NCBI RefSeq assembly: GCF_902652985.1
Contig: NC_047015.1
Location: 40,486,001-40,550,000 of the forward strand
Length of the DNA stretch: 64,000 nucleotides
Direction of reading: 5' to 3'
Origin: Pecten maximus
Taxonomy: Eukaryota
Positions 51,084 to 63,500 of this stretch are shown piece by piece. How positions within the stretch are numbered: position 1 is the stretch's first letter; each line of letters begins with the position of its first letter. Position numbers and translations under genes: made by a program. Under the pieces are notes generated by a model, which did not search any database, was not told where the DNA came from, and worked only from the letters and a program-made list of their open reading frames with translations.

Positions 51084-53059
51084 ATGGAGTCCATTCCAAC
51101 ACACTGCCTAAAATCAGAACTAATGGATCTTGATCAAACCAAATATGAGAGTAACAACGTGTTGAAACTAGAAATAGTCTGTGGACATGTTTTTTTAGTC
51201 GTCAATGAAAAAGACATTAAAGGTAAAACTTAGTTTCCCTACCCTTAGGAAGAACGAGGGTTTTGTTTTTAAATCGCATGTCCCATTAAATGTGCTGACA
51301 ATGATAATCAAACCTCCCTCGTTTTACTGATATAATTAAATGGGACTTTGATGAGTTGGTAATTTGATAAAAGGCGGAAGCTAGAACTGGAGAATCAATT
51401 CCAACACGAGTTGTATGACATCAGGAAAAGGCGGCAATTTTTCGGGATTCGATTCGTCGAGAATTTTCTACCATTTGTGACTAATTTTGAAAATCGCCAA
51501 AAAAAGTGAATCGTCATTGATTTTCGATATAAGATATCTCGATAAATGTTACTGTAGTCCGCAGAAAATAAAAGGAAACTATATTTTATATCTTCTGAAA
51601 CCTTTAGGTGTGTCGCCGTTCGTTGCTCTAACAGTAACGACTTGATGACGCTTGTTATCATAAATGATCGGAGCCCTCACCATTGTTATTAACCCTCATC
51701 AATGGTCGGAGCCCTCACCATTGTCATTAACCCTCATGAATGGTCGGAGCCCTCACCATTGTCATTAACCCTCATCAATGGTCGGAGCTCTCACCATTGT
51801 CATTAATCCTCATCAATGGTCGGAGCCCTCACCATTGTCATTAACCCTCATCAATGATCGGAGCCCTCACATTTGTTATTAACCCTCATCAATGGTCGGA
51901 GCCCTCACCATTGTCATTAACCCTCATCAATGATCGGAGCCCTCACCATTGTCATAAACCATCATCAATGGTCGGAGCCCTCACTATTGTCATTAACCCT
52001 CATCAATGATCGGAGCCCTCACCATTGTCATAAACCCTCATCAATGGTCGGAGCCCTCACCATTGTCATAAACCCTCATCATTGGTTGGGGTCCTCACTA
52101 TTGTTATTAACCCTCATCAATGATTTGTACTCATCTTGTAAAGTGGCGCTTCTTTTGGTGTCAATCCATTGTCAATTAATCAATGTTTGACTGAGTGCTA
52201 TTAGTTGTATTATATTGTCAAAAATCGTAACAATTGGTTGCGCTTCTACCAGAAACCCATGGTCAATAAGCCTGCTGCATGGCTGTGCTTTAATCGGAAA
52301 ACCCTTGTCAATACCCCTCACGTATGGTTTCGCTTCCACATGAAAACCATTGTCAAAATCCCTCCTTATGTTAATGTTTTCATTGGTTCCAAACCATTGT
52401 CACTAGTGCTGTTATAGGCTTTACATAATTCACAGCGAGAAATGAATACCTTGTCGAGTACCTCTACCAGAATCGAACCAAGGTCTTCTGCATGATAATT
52501 CCCGGGTCAACCAAAAGAAGTACACACTAATGAGAGAATATCTAATACAATGTAAGCGATACCGAGCCGAGTTAATTAACATTGACTTTACAACTACATT
52601 GAGCGATACATCAAACCCAGTTAAAGCAGATGTTGTTCTGGTGAATACTCGACATGCAGAATCGCTAGATTTAACTTTTCTGTTATTATTTCGTCTCAAA
52701 ATACATGTACAGAACTAAGATGGAGAGACTGAGACACAAGCAGCTGTATAACATTAAGAGATGTAAAAAGGATTAGAGGTAAAATAGTAACAGCTGCAAT
52801 AAAAATCCATAAGCATCGGTGTAATTATCTGGGTAAAACATCTTTAGCAAAATATTTCCTTGCACAAATACACAATATAATCCCAATATAACATTGTTGC
52901 CAGTATCTCCATTCTTCAAGCTAGTCGTAAAATGTTAAAATGCTTATATCACCATTACGTCATGTAAGATGAGTTAAAAGTAAATGAAAACAGAAGAGGA
53001 GTTCAGGATAAATGGAAGGAACCACTCGTCATTTTCTAGACCTAAGTTGGCAGACGAAG
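51084..53059 (+). CDS. Putative unannotated gene, first two coding exons
   Basis: 51084-51222 (MESIPTHCLKSELMDLDQTKYESNNVLKLEIVCGHVFLVVNEKDIK, phase-1 GT donor) joins 52994-53059 (EEEFRINGRNHSSFSRPKLADE, cag|...|gtgagg, phase 1-1). Further exons may lie in or after the N gaps. Confidence 0.35.
51663..52124. repeat. 38-bp minisatellite, about 12 copies, each with an internal hairpin
   Basis: Unit AATGGTCGGAGCCCTCACCATTGTCATTAACCCTCATC, containing the inverted repeat CAATGGT...ACCATTG. Confidence 0.96.
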
Positions 53060-53390
53060 GTGAGGTGTTCCGATTGCAAGGTTAAGTGACAGAACTAGAC
53101 TAACCATATCACATTGGACTAGAGCCATTTATAGAGAGCATCAGGGTCAAGAAAGAAGTGCCCATACGGGATTTTTTTTAAATTAAACAATTATCTGCTC
53201 TCTTTATAATTCTTACTGTTGGAATTCAAGCATCCCTGAAGTAATATGTTGGATCAAAAGTCTCGTATATTTGTCCAGTCATTTCGCTTATCATGGAAAC
53301 AAATATATTTTATCAAATAATTAAATCGATCGTAGTGTTTCTCATTTAATAATAAATGCGAACTTACAACAATCTTAATAATTTTCTGGT

Positions 53391-55798
53391 CCAGGTGTAA
53401 CAGGTACGACATAGTATCTTCTCGTCCCCAGTAACAGGTACGGACATAGTATCTTCTCGTCACCAGGTGTAACAAGTATGGACATAGTATCTTCTCGTCA
53501 CCAGGTGTAACAGGTACGGACATAGTATCTTCTCGTCACTAGTAACAGGTACGGACATAGTATCTTCTCGTCACCAGGTGTAACAGGTACGGACATAGTA
53601 TCTTCTCGTCACTAGTAACAGGTACGGACACAGTATCTTCTCGTCACCAGGTGTAACAGGTACGGACATAGTATCTTCTCGCACCAGGTGTAACAGGTAC
53701 GGACATAGTATCTTCTCGTCACCAGGTGTAACAGGTACGGACATAGTATCTTCTCGTCACCAGGTGTAACAGGTACGGACATAGTATCTTCTCGTCACGA
53801 GGTGTAACAGGTACGGACATAGTGTCTTTTCGTCACCAGTTGTAACAGGTACGGACATAGTATCTTCTCGTCACCAGTTGTAACAGGTACGGACATAGTA
53901 TCTTCTCGTCACTAGTAACAGGTACGGACATAGTATCTTCTCGTCACCAGGTGTAACAGGTACGGACATAGTATCTTCTCGCACCAGGTGTAACAGGTAC
54001 GGACATAGTATCTTCTCGTCACCAGGTGTAACAGGTACGGACATAGTATCTTCTCGTCACCAGTAACAGGTACGGACATAGTATCTTCTCGTCACCAGGT
54101 GTAACAAGTACGGACATAGTATCTTCTCGTCACCAGGTGTAACAGGTACGGACATAGTGTCTTCTCGTCACCAGTTGTAACAGGTACGGACATAGTATCT
54201 TCTCGTCACTAGTAACAGGTACGGACATAGTGTCTTCTTGTCACTAGTAACAGGTACGGACATAGTATCTTCTCGTCACCAGGTGTAACAGGTACGGACA
54301 TAGTGTCTTTTCGTCACCAGTTGTAACAGGTACGGACATAGTATCTTCTCGTCACCAGTTGTAACAGGTACGGACATAGTATCTTCTCGTCACTAGTAAC
54401 AGGTACGGACATAGTATCTTCTCGTCATCAGGTGTAACAGGTACGGACATAGTATTTTCTCGCACCAGGTGTAACAGGTACGGACATAGTATCTTCTCGT
54501 CACCAGGTGTAACAGGTACGGACATAGTATCTTCTCGTCACCAGTAACAGGTACGGACATAGTATCTTCTCGTCACCAGGTGTAACAAGTACGGACATAG
54601 TATCTTCTCGTCACCAGGTGTAACAGGTACGGACATAGTGTCTTCTCGTCACCAGTTGTAACAGGTACGGACATAGTATCTTCTCGTCACCAGTAACAGG
54701 TACGGACATAGTATCTTCTCGTCACTAGTAACAGGTACGGACATAGTGTCTTCTCGTCACTAGTAACAGGTACGGACATAGTATCTTCTCGTCACCAGTA
54801 ACAGGTACGGACATATTATCTTCTCGTCACCAGGTGTAACAGGTACGGACATAGTATCTTCTCGTCACCAGGTGTAACAGGTACGGACATAGTATCTTCT
54901 CGTCACCAGGTGTAACAGGTACGGACATAGTATCTTCTCGTCACCAGGTGTAACAGGTACGGACATAGTATCTTCTCGTCACCAGTAACAGGTACGGACA
55001 TAGTATCTTCTCGTCACCAGGTGTAACAAGTACGGACATAGTATCTTCTCGTCACCAGGTGTAACAGGTACGGACATAGTGTCTTCTCGTCACCAGTTGT
55101 AACAGGTACGGACATAGTATCTTCTCGTCACCAGTAACAGGTACGGACATAGTATCTTCTCGTCACTAGTAACAGGTACGGACATAGTGTCTTCTCGTCA
55201 CTAGTAACAGGTACGGACATAGTATCTTCTCGTCACCAGTAACAGGTACGGACATATTATCTTCTCGTCACCAGGTGTAACAGGTACGGACATAGTATCT
55301 TCTCGTCACCAGGTGTAACAGGTACGGACATAGTATCTTCTCGTCACCAGGTGTAACAGGTACGGACATAGTATCTTCTCGTCACCAGTTGTAACAGGTA
55401 CGGACATAGTATCTTCTCGTAACTAGTAACAGGTACGGACATAGTATCTTCTCGTCACTAGTAACAGGTACGGACATAGTATCTTCTCGTCACCAGTAAC
55501 AGGTACGGACATAGTATCTTCTCGTCACCAGGTGTAACAGGTACGGACATAGTATCTTCTCATCACCAGCTGTAACAAGTACGGACATAGTATCTTCTCG
55601 TCACCAGGTGTAACAGGTACGGACATAGTATCTTCTCGTCACCAGGTGTAACAGGTACGGACATAGTATCTTCTCGTCACCAGGTGTAACAGGTACGGAC
55701 ATAGTATCTTCTCGTCACCAGGTGTAACAGGTACGGACATAGTATCTTCTCGTCACCAGGTGTAACAAGTACGGACATGGTATTTTCTCGTCACCAGA
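53391..55798. repeat. 38/35-bp minisatellite, about 65 copies
   Basis: Unit CAGGTGTAACAGGTACGGACATAGTATCTTCTCGTCAC with a recurrent 3-bp-shorter variant. Confidence 0.98.
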
Positions 55799-55901
55799 TG
55801 GTATTTCAATCTCAGTGTCATTATTTTTGTAATTGATTTCTAGCTTTTATGGTCATTTAAAAATCCATCACATCTTAAACTTCTTGGTAAAACAACAACA
55901 A

Positions 55902-56568
55902 NNNNNNNNNNNNNNNNNNNNNNNNNNNNNNNNNNNNNNNNNNNNNNNNNNNNNNNNNNNNNNNNNNNNNNNNNNNNNNNNNNNNNNNNNNNNNNNNNNN
56001 NNNNNNNNNNNNNNNNNNNNNNNNNNNNNNNNNNNNNNNNNNNNNNNNNNNNNNNNNNNNNNNNNNNNNNNNNNNNNNNNNNNNNNNNNNNNNNNNNNNN
56101 NNNNNNNNNNNNNNNNNNNNNNNNNNNNNNNNNNNNNNNNNNNNNNNNNNNNNNNNNNNNNNNNNNNNNNNNNNNNNNNNNNNNNNNNNNNNNACCACTA
56201 CTTACCCTACTACAAGCACGAACACTCGACTACNNNNNNNNNNNNNNNNNNNNNNNNNNNNNNNNNNNNNNNNNNNNNNNNNNNNNNNNNNNNNNNNNNN
56301 NNNNNNNNNNNNNNNNNNNNNNNNNNNNNNNNNNNNNNNNNNNNNNNNNNNNNNNNNNNNNNNNNNNNNNNNNNNNNNNNNNNNNNNNNNNNNNNNNNNN
56401 NNNNNNNNNNNNNNNNNNNNNNNNNNNNNNNNNNNNNNNNNNNNNNNNNNNNNNNNNNNNNNNNNNNNNNNNNNNNNNNNNNNNNNNNNNNNNNNNNNNN
56501 NNNNNNNNNNNNNNNNNNNNNNNNNNNNNNNNNNNNNNNNNNNNNNNNNNNNNNNNNNNNNNNNNNNN
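55902..56568. other. Two assembly gaps (N runs 55902-56193 and 56234-56568) around a 40-bp island
   Basis: Directly visible. The X-filled ORFs here are artefacts. Confidence 0.99.
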
Positions 56569-57295
56569 CACGATAAAATCTGCCATCCATTTATCTGGTA
56601 GCCATTGGCAGCAACAACTTGCACCAATAGACCTACCATGCGGAACCAGGTGTTACTGCTGCTGTTGTTTGTCAATAGAAAACAGATCGAAATACTCTCT
56701 TCATTGATATTTGCATTTCATTTTGTGCTCGTGTCAGACAGTCGATATCAATGCAGGCGTCACATCAACAAAACATCTTGATAAACCCAGTCTGCATGAA
56801 AAGTTGTTTTCCATTCGAATAGAGATTTATTAGAATTTAAACAGATGTTCCATGAAGTACAACCCTAATACGTTTTGGCCAGTAGACCGATATTGAGTCG
56901 AAAGGATAGCTCGTGCGGTCGTAGTGACCACTTCTCTGTCACCGAATGTACCGTTTGTGGGAATTACATTGCGATTAAAGAAAACATCAGTTTATTTTTT
57001 GTTTTTCTCTTGTCTTGTCTCAGCTTCATTTATTGAGCAAACAATATCACAAACCAGCGTGGTAACATTATTTTTCCCTGCCTATTTGGAAATCATTTCA
57101 CGTTTGTAGTTTTAGCGCTCGCTGTCTCCGACTTCAATCCTGGTATTAGAAGTTTTACAAACCAGTGCTAAATGTAATTGGAAACGGATATAACATTTAC
57201 AATATACATATATACCCTCCTACATTGCCCCAAATCACTCTCACGAATTCAGATAACTTTTTTTTAAATTTCATTTCTTCACTGGCTCTCGCAGT

Positions 57296-57921
57296 ATATA
57301 AGGACGGGTGTCAGGGAGACACCAACAGCCAGGGTCATATGAGGACGGGTGTCAGGGAGATACCAACAGCCATGGCCATATAAGGACGGGTGTCATGGAG
57401 ACACCAACAGCCAGGGTCATATAAGGACGGGTGTCAGGGAGACACCAACAGCCATGGCCATATAAGGACGGGTGTCAGGGAGACACCAACAGCCATGGCC
57501 ATATGAGGACGGGTGTCAGGGAGACACTAACAGCCAGGGCCATATAAGGACGGGTGTCAGGGAGACACCAACAGCCATGGCCATATAAGGACGGGTGTCA
57601 TGGAGACACCAACAGCCATGGCCATATAAGGACGGGTGTCAAGGAGACACTAACAGCCAGAGTCATATAAGGACGGGTGTCAAGGAGACACCAACAGCCA
57701 GGATCATATCAGGACGGATGTCATGGAGACACCAACAGCTAGGATCATATGAGGACGGGTGTCAAGGAGACACCAACAGCCATGGTCACATGAGGACGGG
57801 TGTCAAGGAGACACCTAACAGCCATGGTCATATGAGGACGGATGTCATGGAGACAGCATCAGCTAGGGCCATATAAGGACGCGTGTCAAGGAGAAGGATG
57901 CCATGGAGACACCAACAGCTG
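57296..57921. repeat. 41-bp minisatellite, about 15 copies, each with an internal hairpin
   Basis: Unit ATATAAGGACGGGTGTCAGGGAGACACCAACAGCCATGGCC with the stem-loop GGTGTC-AGGGA-GACACC. Confidence 0.96.
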
Positions 57922-57946
57922 GGGAGTTAAACCAAGCAAACAATTA

Positions 57947-58083
57947 TTGTGTTCTATCTATAAAATCAATATTTGATAATAAAATCGATATCAAATTACG
58001 TTCTACCAATAAAATCGATATCTAATTATGCTCAACCTATAAAATCGATATATAATTATGTTCTATATATAAAATAGATATCG
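57947..58083. repeat. ~30-bp AT-rich degenerate tandem repeat
   Basis: TTATGTTCTAC.TATAAAATCGATATC.AA recurs 4-5 times. Confidence 0.7.
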
Positions 58084-58390
58084 TACAATCCAAGCAATAT
58101 ACATGTAAATTCTGTCCTAAATTATCGGTCTTTATTACACCGTACGATATAAAATAAATAAGAATTTTGATTATAGTGTATACTACAAAATCTTGTCTTA
58201 CCATAAACCTTTACGGATCAATATCACATATTATTCTATCCTATATTAATTCAATATTATAATTGATACAAATCGATATTTAATTACATAACTCCTTGTA
58301 TTTCAGAACGAAATTCCGGAGCATGATATACCCACTCTAATGACGTCAGAGCGTCGACTGTGTTATTGAGGTCTTCCGTTCGCCCTTTTT

Positions 58391-59183
58391 GGGATCAAAT
58401 GAGAAACGAAACTCTGTCTGGCGTCCCCATTGGAATACTTGGGATCACGTGAGAATGAAACTCTGTCTGACGTCCCCATCGGAATACTTGGGATCACGTG
58501 AGAAATGAAACTCTGTCTGGCGTCCCCATTGGAATACTTGGGATCACGTGAGAAATGAAACTCTGTCTGGCGTTCCCATGGGAATACTTGGGATCACGTG
58601 AGAAATGAAACTCTGTGCGGCGTCCCCATTGGAATACATGGGATCACGTGAGAATGAAACTCTGTCTGACGTCCCCATTGGAATACTTGGGATCACGTGA
58701 GAAATGAAACTCTGTCTGGCGTCCCCATTGGAATACTCGGGATCACGTGAGAAATGAAACTCTGTCTGGCGTCCCCATTGGAATACTTGGGATCACGTGA
58801 GAAACGAAACTCTGTCTGGCGTCCCCATTGGAATACTCGGGATCACGTGAGAAACGAAACTCTGTCTGGCGTCCCCATTGGAATACTCGGGATCACGTGA
58901 GAAATGAAACTCTGTCTGGCGTCCCCATTGGAATACTCGGGATCACGTGAGAAACGAAACTCTGTCTGGCGTCCCCATTGGAATACTTGGGATCACGTGA
59001 GAAACGAAACTCTGTCTGGCGTCCCCATTGGAATACTTGGGATCACGTGAGAAACGAAACTCTGTCTGGCGTCCCCATTGGAATACTTGGGATCACGTGA
59101 GAAACGAAACTCTGTCTGGCGTCCCCATTGGAATACTTGGGATCACGTGAGAAATGAAACTCTGTCTGGCGTCCCCATTGGAA
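58391..59183. repeat. 50-bp minisatellite, about 16 copies
   Basis: Unit GGGATCACGTGAGAAA(C/T)GAAACTCTGTCTGGCGTCCCCATTGGAATACT(T/C). Confidence 0.97.
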
Positions 59184-59273
59184 GCTGGTTGGGAGTCGTA
59201 CCACCATGACACTGGACATGGTCTTTAATTGGTCAATCCTTTTTTGGACAACTCTAGGTCCATATGTTTTGCC

Positions 59274-59600
59274 TACGGGGCGCCGTTTTACTATTTATTC
59301 CCATTTGGTGATATCACCTATTCAATCAGTGATATCACCAATTCATTTTTCAAATAAGTGATATCACTCATTCGAATAGGTGATATCACTCATTCGAATA
59401 GGTGATATCACCAATTGGAATAGGTGATACCACTTAAAAATATTCTTAAGTGATATCACCTATTCGAATTGGTGATATCACCTATTCGTTTCAATAAGTG
59501 ATATCACCTATTCGAATGAGTGATATCACCTATTCGAATGAGTGATATCACCTATTTGAAAAGGTGATATCACCAAATGGGAATAAAACGGCGCCCCATA
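59274..59600. mobile_element. Foldback MITE with IS3EU-like termini
   Basis: TIRs TACGGGGCGCCGTTTTA / TAAAACGGCGCCCCATA and a 6-bp TSD TTTGCC (59268-59273, 59601-59606). The interior is a long imperfect palindrome built of about 12 GTGATATCAC units. Confidence 0.85.
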
Positions 59601-60881
59601 TTTGCCAAACACCTGTTGTTGAAAATACGCATTAAAGCAATCAATCTTTGTTTAAGGCTGGTACATAGTCGTTTGTTATGATTAAAGACATTGCTCTTTC
59701 ATTAAATACTATTATTTCTAAAACTCATTGGGTATTAGAAAATCAACTATAACGTAAACAAGATCTACTTTGAAAAAAAACCTCTGAGCGTACGTTATTT
59801 TTGTACTTCTTCAAATAGCACCGTTATGACGAACGCTGTAAATGGAAGGTGTCAGATACATAGTGTATTCTTAGCAATCTAATTACATTTTCTCCTTTGA
59901 ACTCTCACAACTGGTTAAAAAGATTAAAACGAACACCCGGTACAAAAGGTCTAGCGACTCGCGTGTGTGATAGGGCACCTCGCGTGTGTTGTCTATTGAT
60001 TGGCCTATAGCCTAGGACCCGTACGTCTGATAATGCATTCTGTTGATAATTTATAGATATATGCATTATCGATGTCTTCATAAGTGTGTGCCATAAATAA
60101 CACATTCTCTTTAACGTGTAACTGCTCTTTTGACAAGACCGGCGAGTTTAGATGAAGTGTGTATTACACTGCCCGCTATACTAAAAGTACACGTTATAGA
60201 GGAGCGAGGTGTCGGCGTTACACGAACTGAAAGAGTTGCACGCTTCCCTCTAAATAGTCAACTACCTTGGTTGTAAACAAAAGGTGACAGCATTTGAGTT
60301 GCGAGGGACGAACAAAGGCGGTGGTATTCGGTGATCTATTATGATTGCTGTGTATCAATATTGAGGTTGTGTACAGTCAAAACACCCCGTCTGACGAGAC
60401 ATATACGGACAACATAATTTGTTTTATCTCCAGCGGCCTAATCGGCCGTCAGTTCAATGTTAACGTGCATCCTTTTATACAACACACGTTGGATGGAGCC
60501 AACAGCTGCCGTTGCTCTTCAACAAGCAGACGAGTTAGGCAGCGGAACCGTTCGAGTTATTCTGCTGTATATGTCAAACGGAATCCCTCTGCGTTCAACA
60601 TAGATCTATTGTATATCTCCTCTACGATGCTGTGCGGTAAAACGTCAGAATGTTTCCATCACTGTGTATATTGGAATGTAACAATCTTGTGTTTTATATT
60701 GATTCAAATACAACCGTTACTGACGTAACCTAACGTTTCATTACTGTTGTGTGTGTTTGCTAGTTATTGACTCATTACCTGGATCAGCAAACAATCTTCA
60801 AAGAGGTAAATCATCTATTCGTGTATCAGTTGTTTCTTGGAGTTACATTGTTACTGTGCGTTGAAAGTGAAATGAGAAGAT

Positions 60882-60974
60882 ATGGAAGAAAAGGAGATTA
60901 TTTGTGATGCATGTGAAACCGACCATGCTATGAAGTATGAGTCTAATGCAGATTTATTTGGAGTTCAACTAGAG
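60882..60974 (+). CDS. Putative first coding exon of an unannotated gene
   Basis: ATG-initiated 31 open codons (MEEKEIICDACETDHAMKYESNADLFGVQLE) ending at a good donor GAG|GTATGT. It resembles the exon at 51084. Confidence 0.35.
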
Positions 60975-62899
60975 GTATGTACAATTACCTGTAATTAAAT
61001 TTAATCGCCAGGTAAAGATTATTTAAATCAAATCTTCGTGTGTGATACGCGATCTACGTAGTACAAATATACACTGATCGTTCTATACACCTGTATTGAT
61101 CTCGTCTGGGATAGTCTACCGCTATCTCTGTGTTAATTTGACAAAGTTAATCTCGGGTAAGAAACGCACGACATCGTATATAGGTACTATATGCATGATA
61201 TGATCAATACACACAGATAACTTTATGTGTAGTTCCTGTATGTATATCATTGTATATCTATATAGGTAATAAAGGTAAAAACCTTACGGCTATAACTTAT
61301 GGTAGTATACGTTATTGGTACAAAAATATACTGTAAGAATTGGAGTTATATATATTTCAGTGTCTTTTCATTGTTTTCCTTAACATAAAAATAGCGACCG
61401 TCAATACAGACAAAGACTGGTATGCAATCTATAGTACAAAACGATAGGGTCGGTTGACACTCGATCTGAGGTAGGACCCAGTCAGATGTACATTATAGGT
61501 ACATGTACGTATAGACGGTCGCCAGTTGCCTTGTAACCTATGTTGTATATAGACATTATAATAACTCTATTATGACATGATGCATGTCTGACCACAGCGT
61601 TGACAGGTAACTGCCTTCCAGGTGAAGATTATTAACTATTAACTGGTTAATAATGATTTATGTCTGTAGATCTACCATCTGGTTAAAATTGTTAAAACGC
61701 CATCTGGTTAAACTCCAGTCGTTTACAATGTCCTCAATGGCTCGCTACCATTTGAAAATGTCACGGTCTCGTCTTATTAATAACATTTCAATGTACGAAC
61801 TTACAATGTTATCAAAGGGCCTAGTGAGCCTTACGTAAAAGGCAGTTGTCATTGATGTCGAGATAGCACAGTGCTGTGGCCGTATGTAAGTAGACTGTCA
61901 CGTGCGAGGTCAAACGAAGAAAAATGTTACACATTATCACAGGGGTTTGGTTTTGAGATGTCGGGTAATATATGACATCAATCACAACACGAAGAAAAAA
62001 GTCGGTAGAATACAATGGGTAGTTACACATGATCATGGGACCTAGTTTCCAAATTCAGTATTTATAGATCTTCTAAAACAATTGTTTATACCCCCGACTT
62101 ATACAAGGTTTAAAATACCGGGGATTTATAGTTTTGAGATTATGAATTAATGTCATAAAATACTCAAAATTCTGAAACCGAACCCCTGTGCACGATCATG
62201 TAGTGACCAGACAACGTGGCCTTTAAAAATGTCACAGGAAATGTAATTGACGAGGAAATATATTACATCGCTGATGAACCACTATTGACTGCACTGATAA
62301 GATTAAAATCTCCATCGCATATATTACTTACCTGTTGATCAGACACTCATATCTACATGACACTTTCGCACCTGTACATGAGTCACTGAACCTCTTTAAG
62401 ATGTAAGGCCATGACGACACAGACTTTCATTATTCTAAAATGCTATTTTACAAAACACATGTCCAATGTGGTAAGACTCAACTTACACCTGTATTACGTA
62501 ATATAGATTTAATTAATTTTGGAGCATTGAATGAAATACAGCCTATAGCTGTTGATCTGTATAATGTGGTGTCAGTATGTCTATTGTCTAAAGTATTCAT
62601 TACACACGTCATAAGGTGTCAGATTCAAGGAAAATGATAATTGGAAAGACTACTGGACATAGCCACAGTGGTCAATGACTCGGTATACTGGTCAGCAATA
62701 CAGCTACTGCCCAAACCTAACCTTCTGGTATCGACTGCGCCACATATGATGCCGGAAACGAAATGCCCGACATTACATCCGGTTTGAGTGAGGAACGTCT
62801 GATTCCGCTTCCGGGTTAATTTCTGGTTCTTGGTCTGTCTCTAGCTCTGCCCTCTGACGATTTAATTTAGATGGCCTGTCATGCTTCCGATTTTAATGT

Positions 62900-63500
62900 T
62901 GAGCGTCTTACTCTGCCTCAGGCGTTTTTAGTCTGAAACGTCTGGCTCTGTTTCCGACGGTTGTATTGCGGAACGCCAGACTCTGTCTCTAATGTTTGTA
63001 GTGCGGAACGCCTGTCTCTGTTCCGAACGGTTGGTGTACGGAACGCCTGGTTTGTATCTCGAACGTTTGTAGTGCGGAACGCCTGGTTCCGCCTCGGAAG
63101 TTTCATTGCGGAATGCTTGGTTCTGTCTCGGAATGTTGCAGTGCGGATCGCCTTGTTCTGTCCCTGATTGTCGCAAGGCAGAACACCGGGTTCTTTCTCG
63201 GACGTTTGTAGTGCGGAACACTTGGTTCTTTCTCGGACGTTTGTAGTGCGGAACGTCTGGCTTTATTTCTGGTGGTCTTAGGACAGAACGCCCGGTTCTT
63301 TCTCGGACGTTTGAAATGCGGAACGCCTGGTTCTATCTCTGGCGGTCGCAGTGAAGAACGCCTGGTCCAGTATCGGACGGTTGGATTGACGAACGACTGG
63401 CTCTGTCTTGGTCGGTCATAGTTAGGAACTCCTGGCTCTACTTTCGGTTTACGTATTGGTCGTCTGACTCTGTTTTTTGCCGGTTCAAGTGCAGAACGCA
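62900..63500. repeat. Degenerate 35-bp minisatellite, about 16 copies
   Basis: Consensus GTTTGTAGTGCGGAACGCCTGGTTCTTTCTCGGAC. It explains the overlapping ORFs at 62918-63501. Confidence 0.85.

Noticed and set aside
52440-52510. tRNA-like sequence on the minus strand (GGTTCGATTC)
   Set aside because: Only a B box is recognisable and I cannot build a cloverleaf. At most a decayed SINE head.
55833-56675. Long ORFs across the N runs
   Set aside because: Artefacts of assembly gaps.
56569-58370. Possible further exons of the 51084 gene (56570-56706, 58308-58370)
   Set aside because: Open frames exist, but acceptors or phases cannot be fixed because of the gaps. Not supportable.
49094-59183. CRISPR-like arrays (35-50 bp units, some with hairpins)
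   Set aside because: Units are head-to-tail with no unique spacers, there are no cas genes, and the context is a spliced animal genome.
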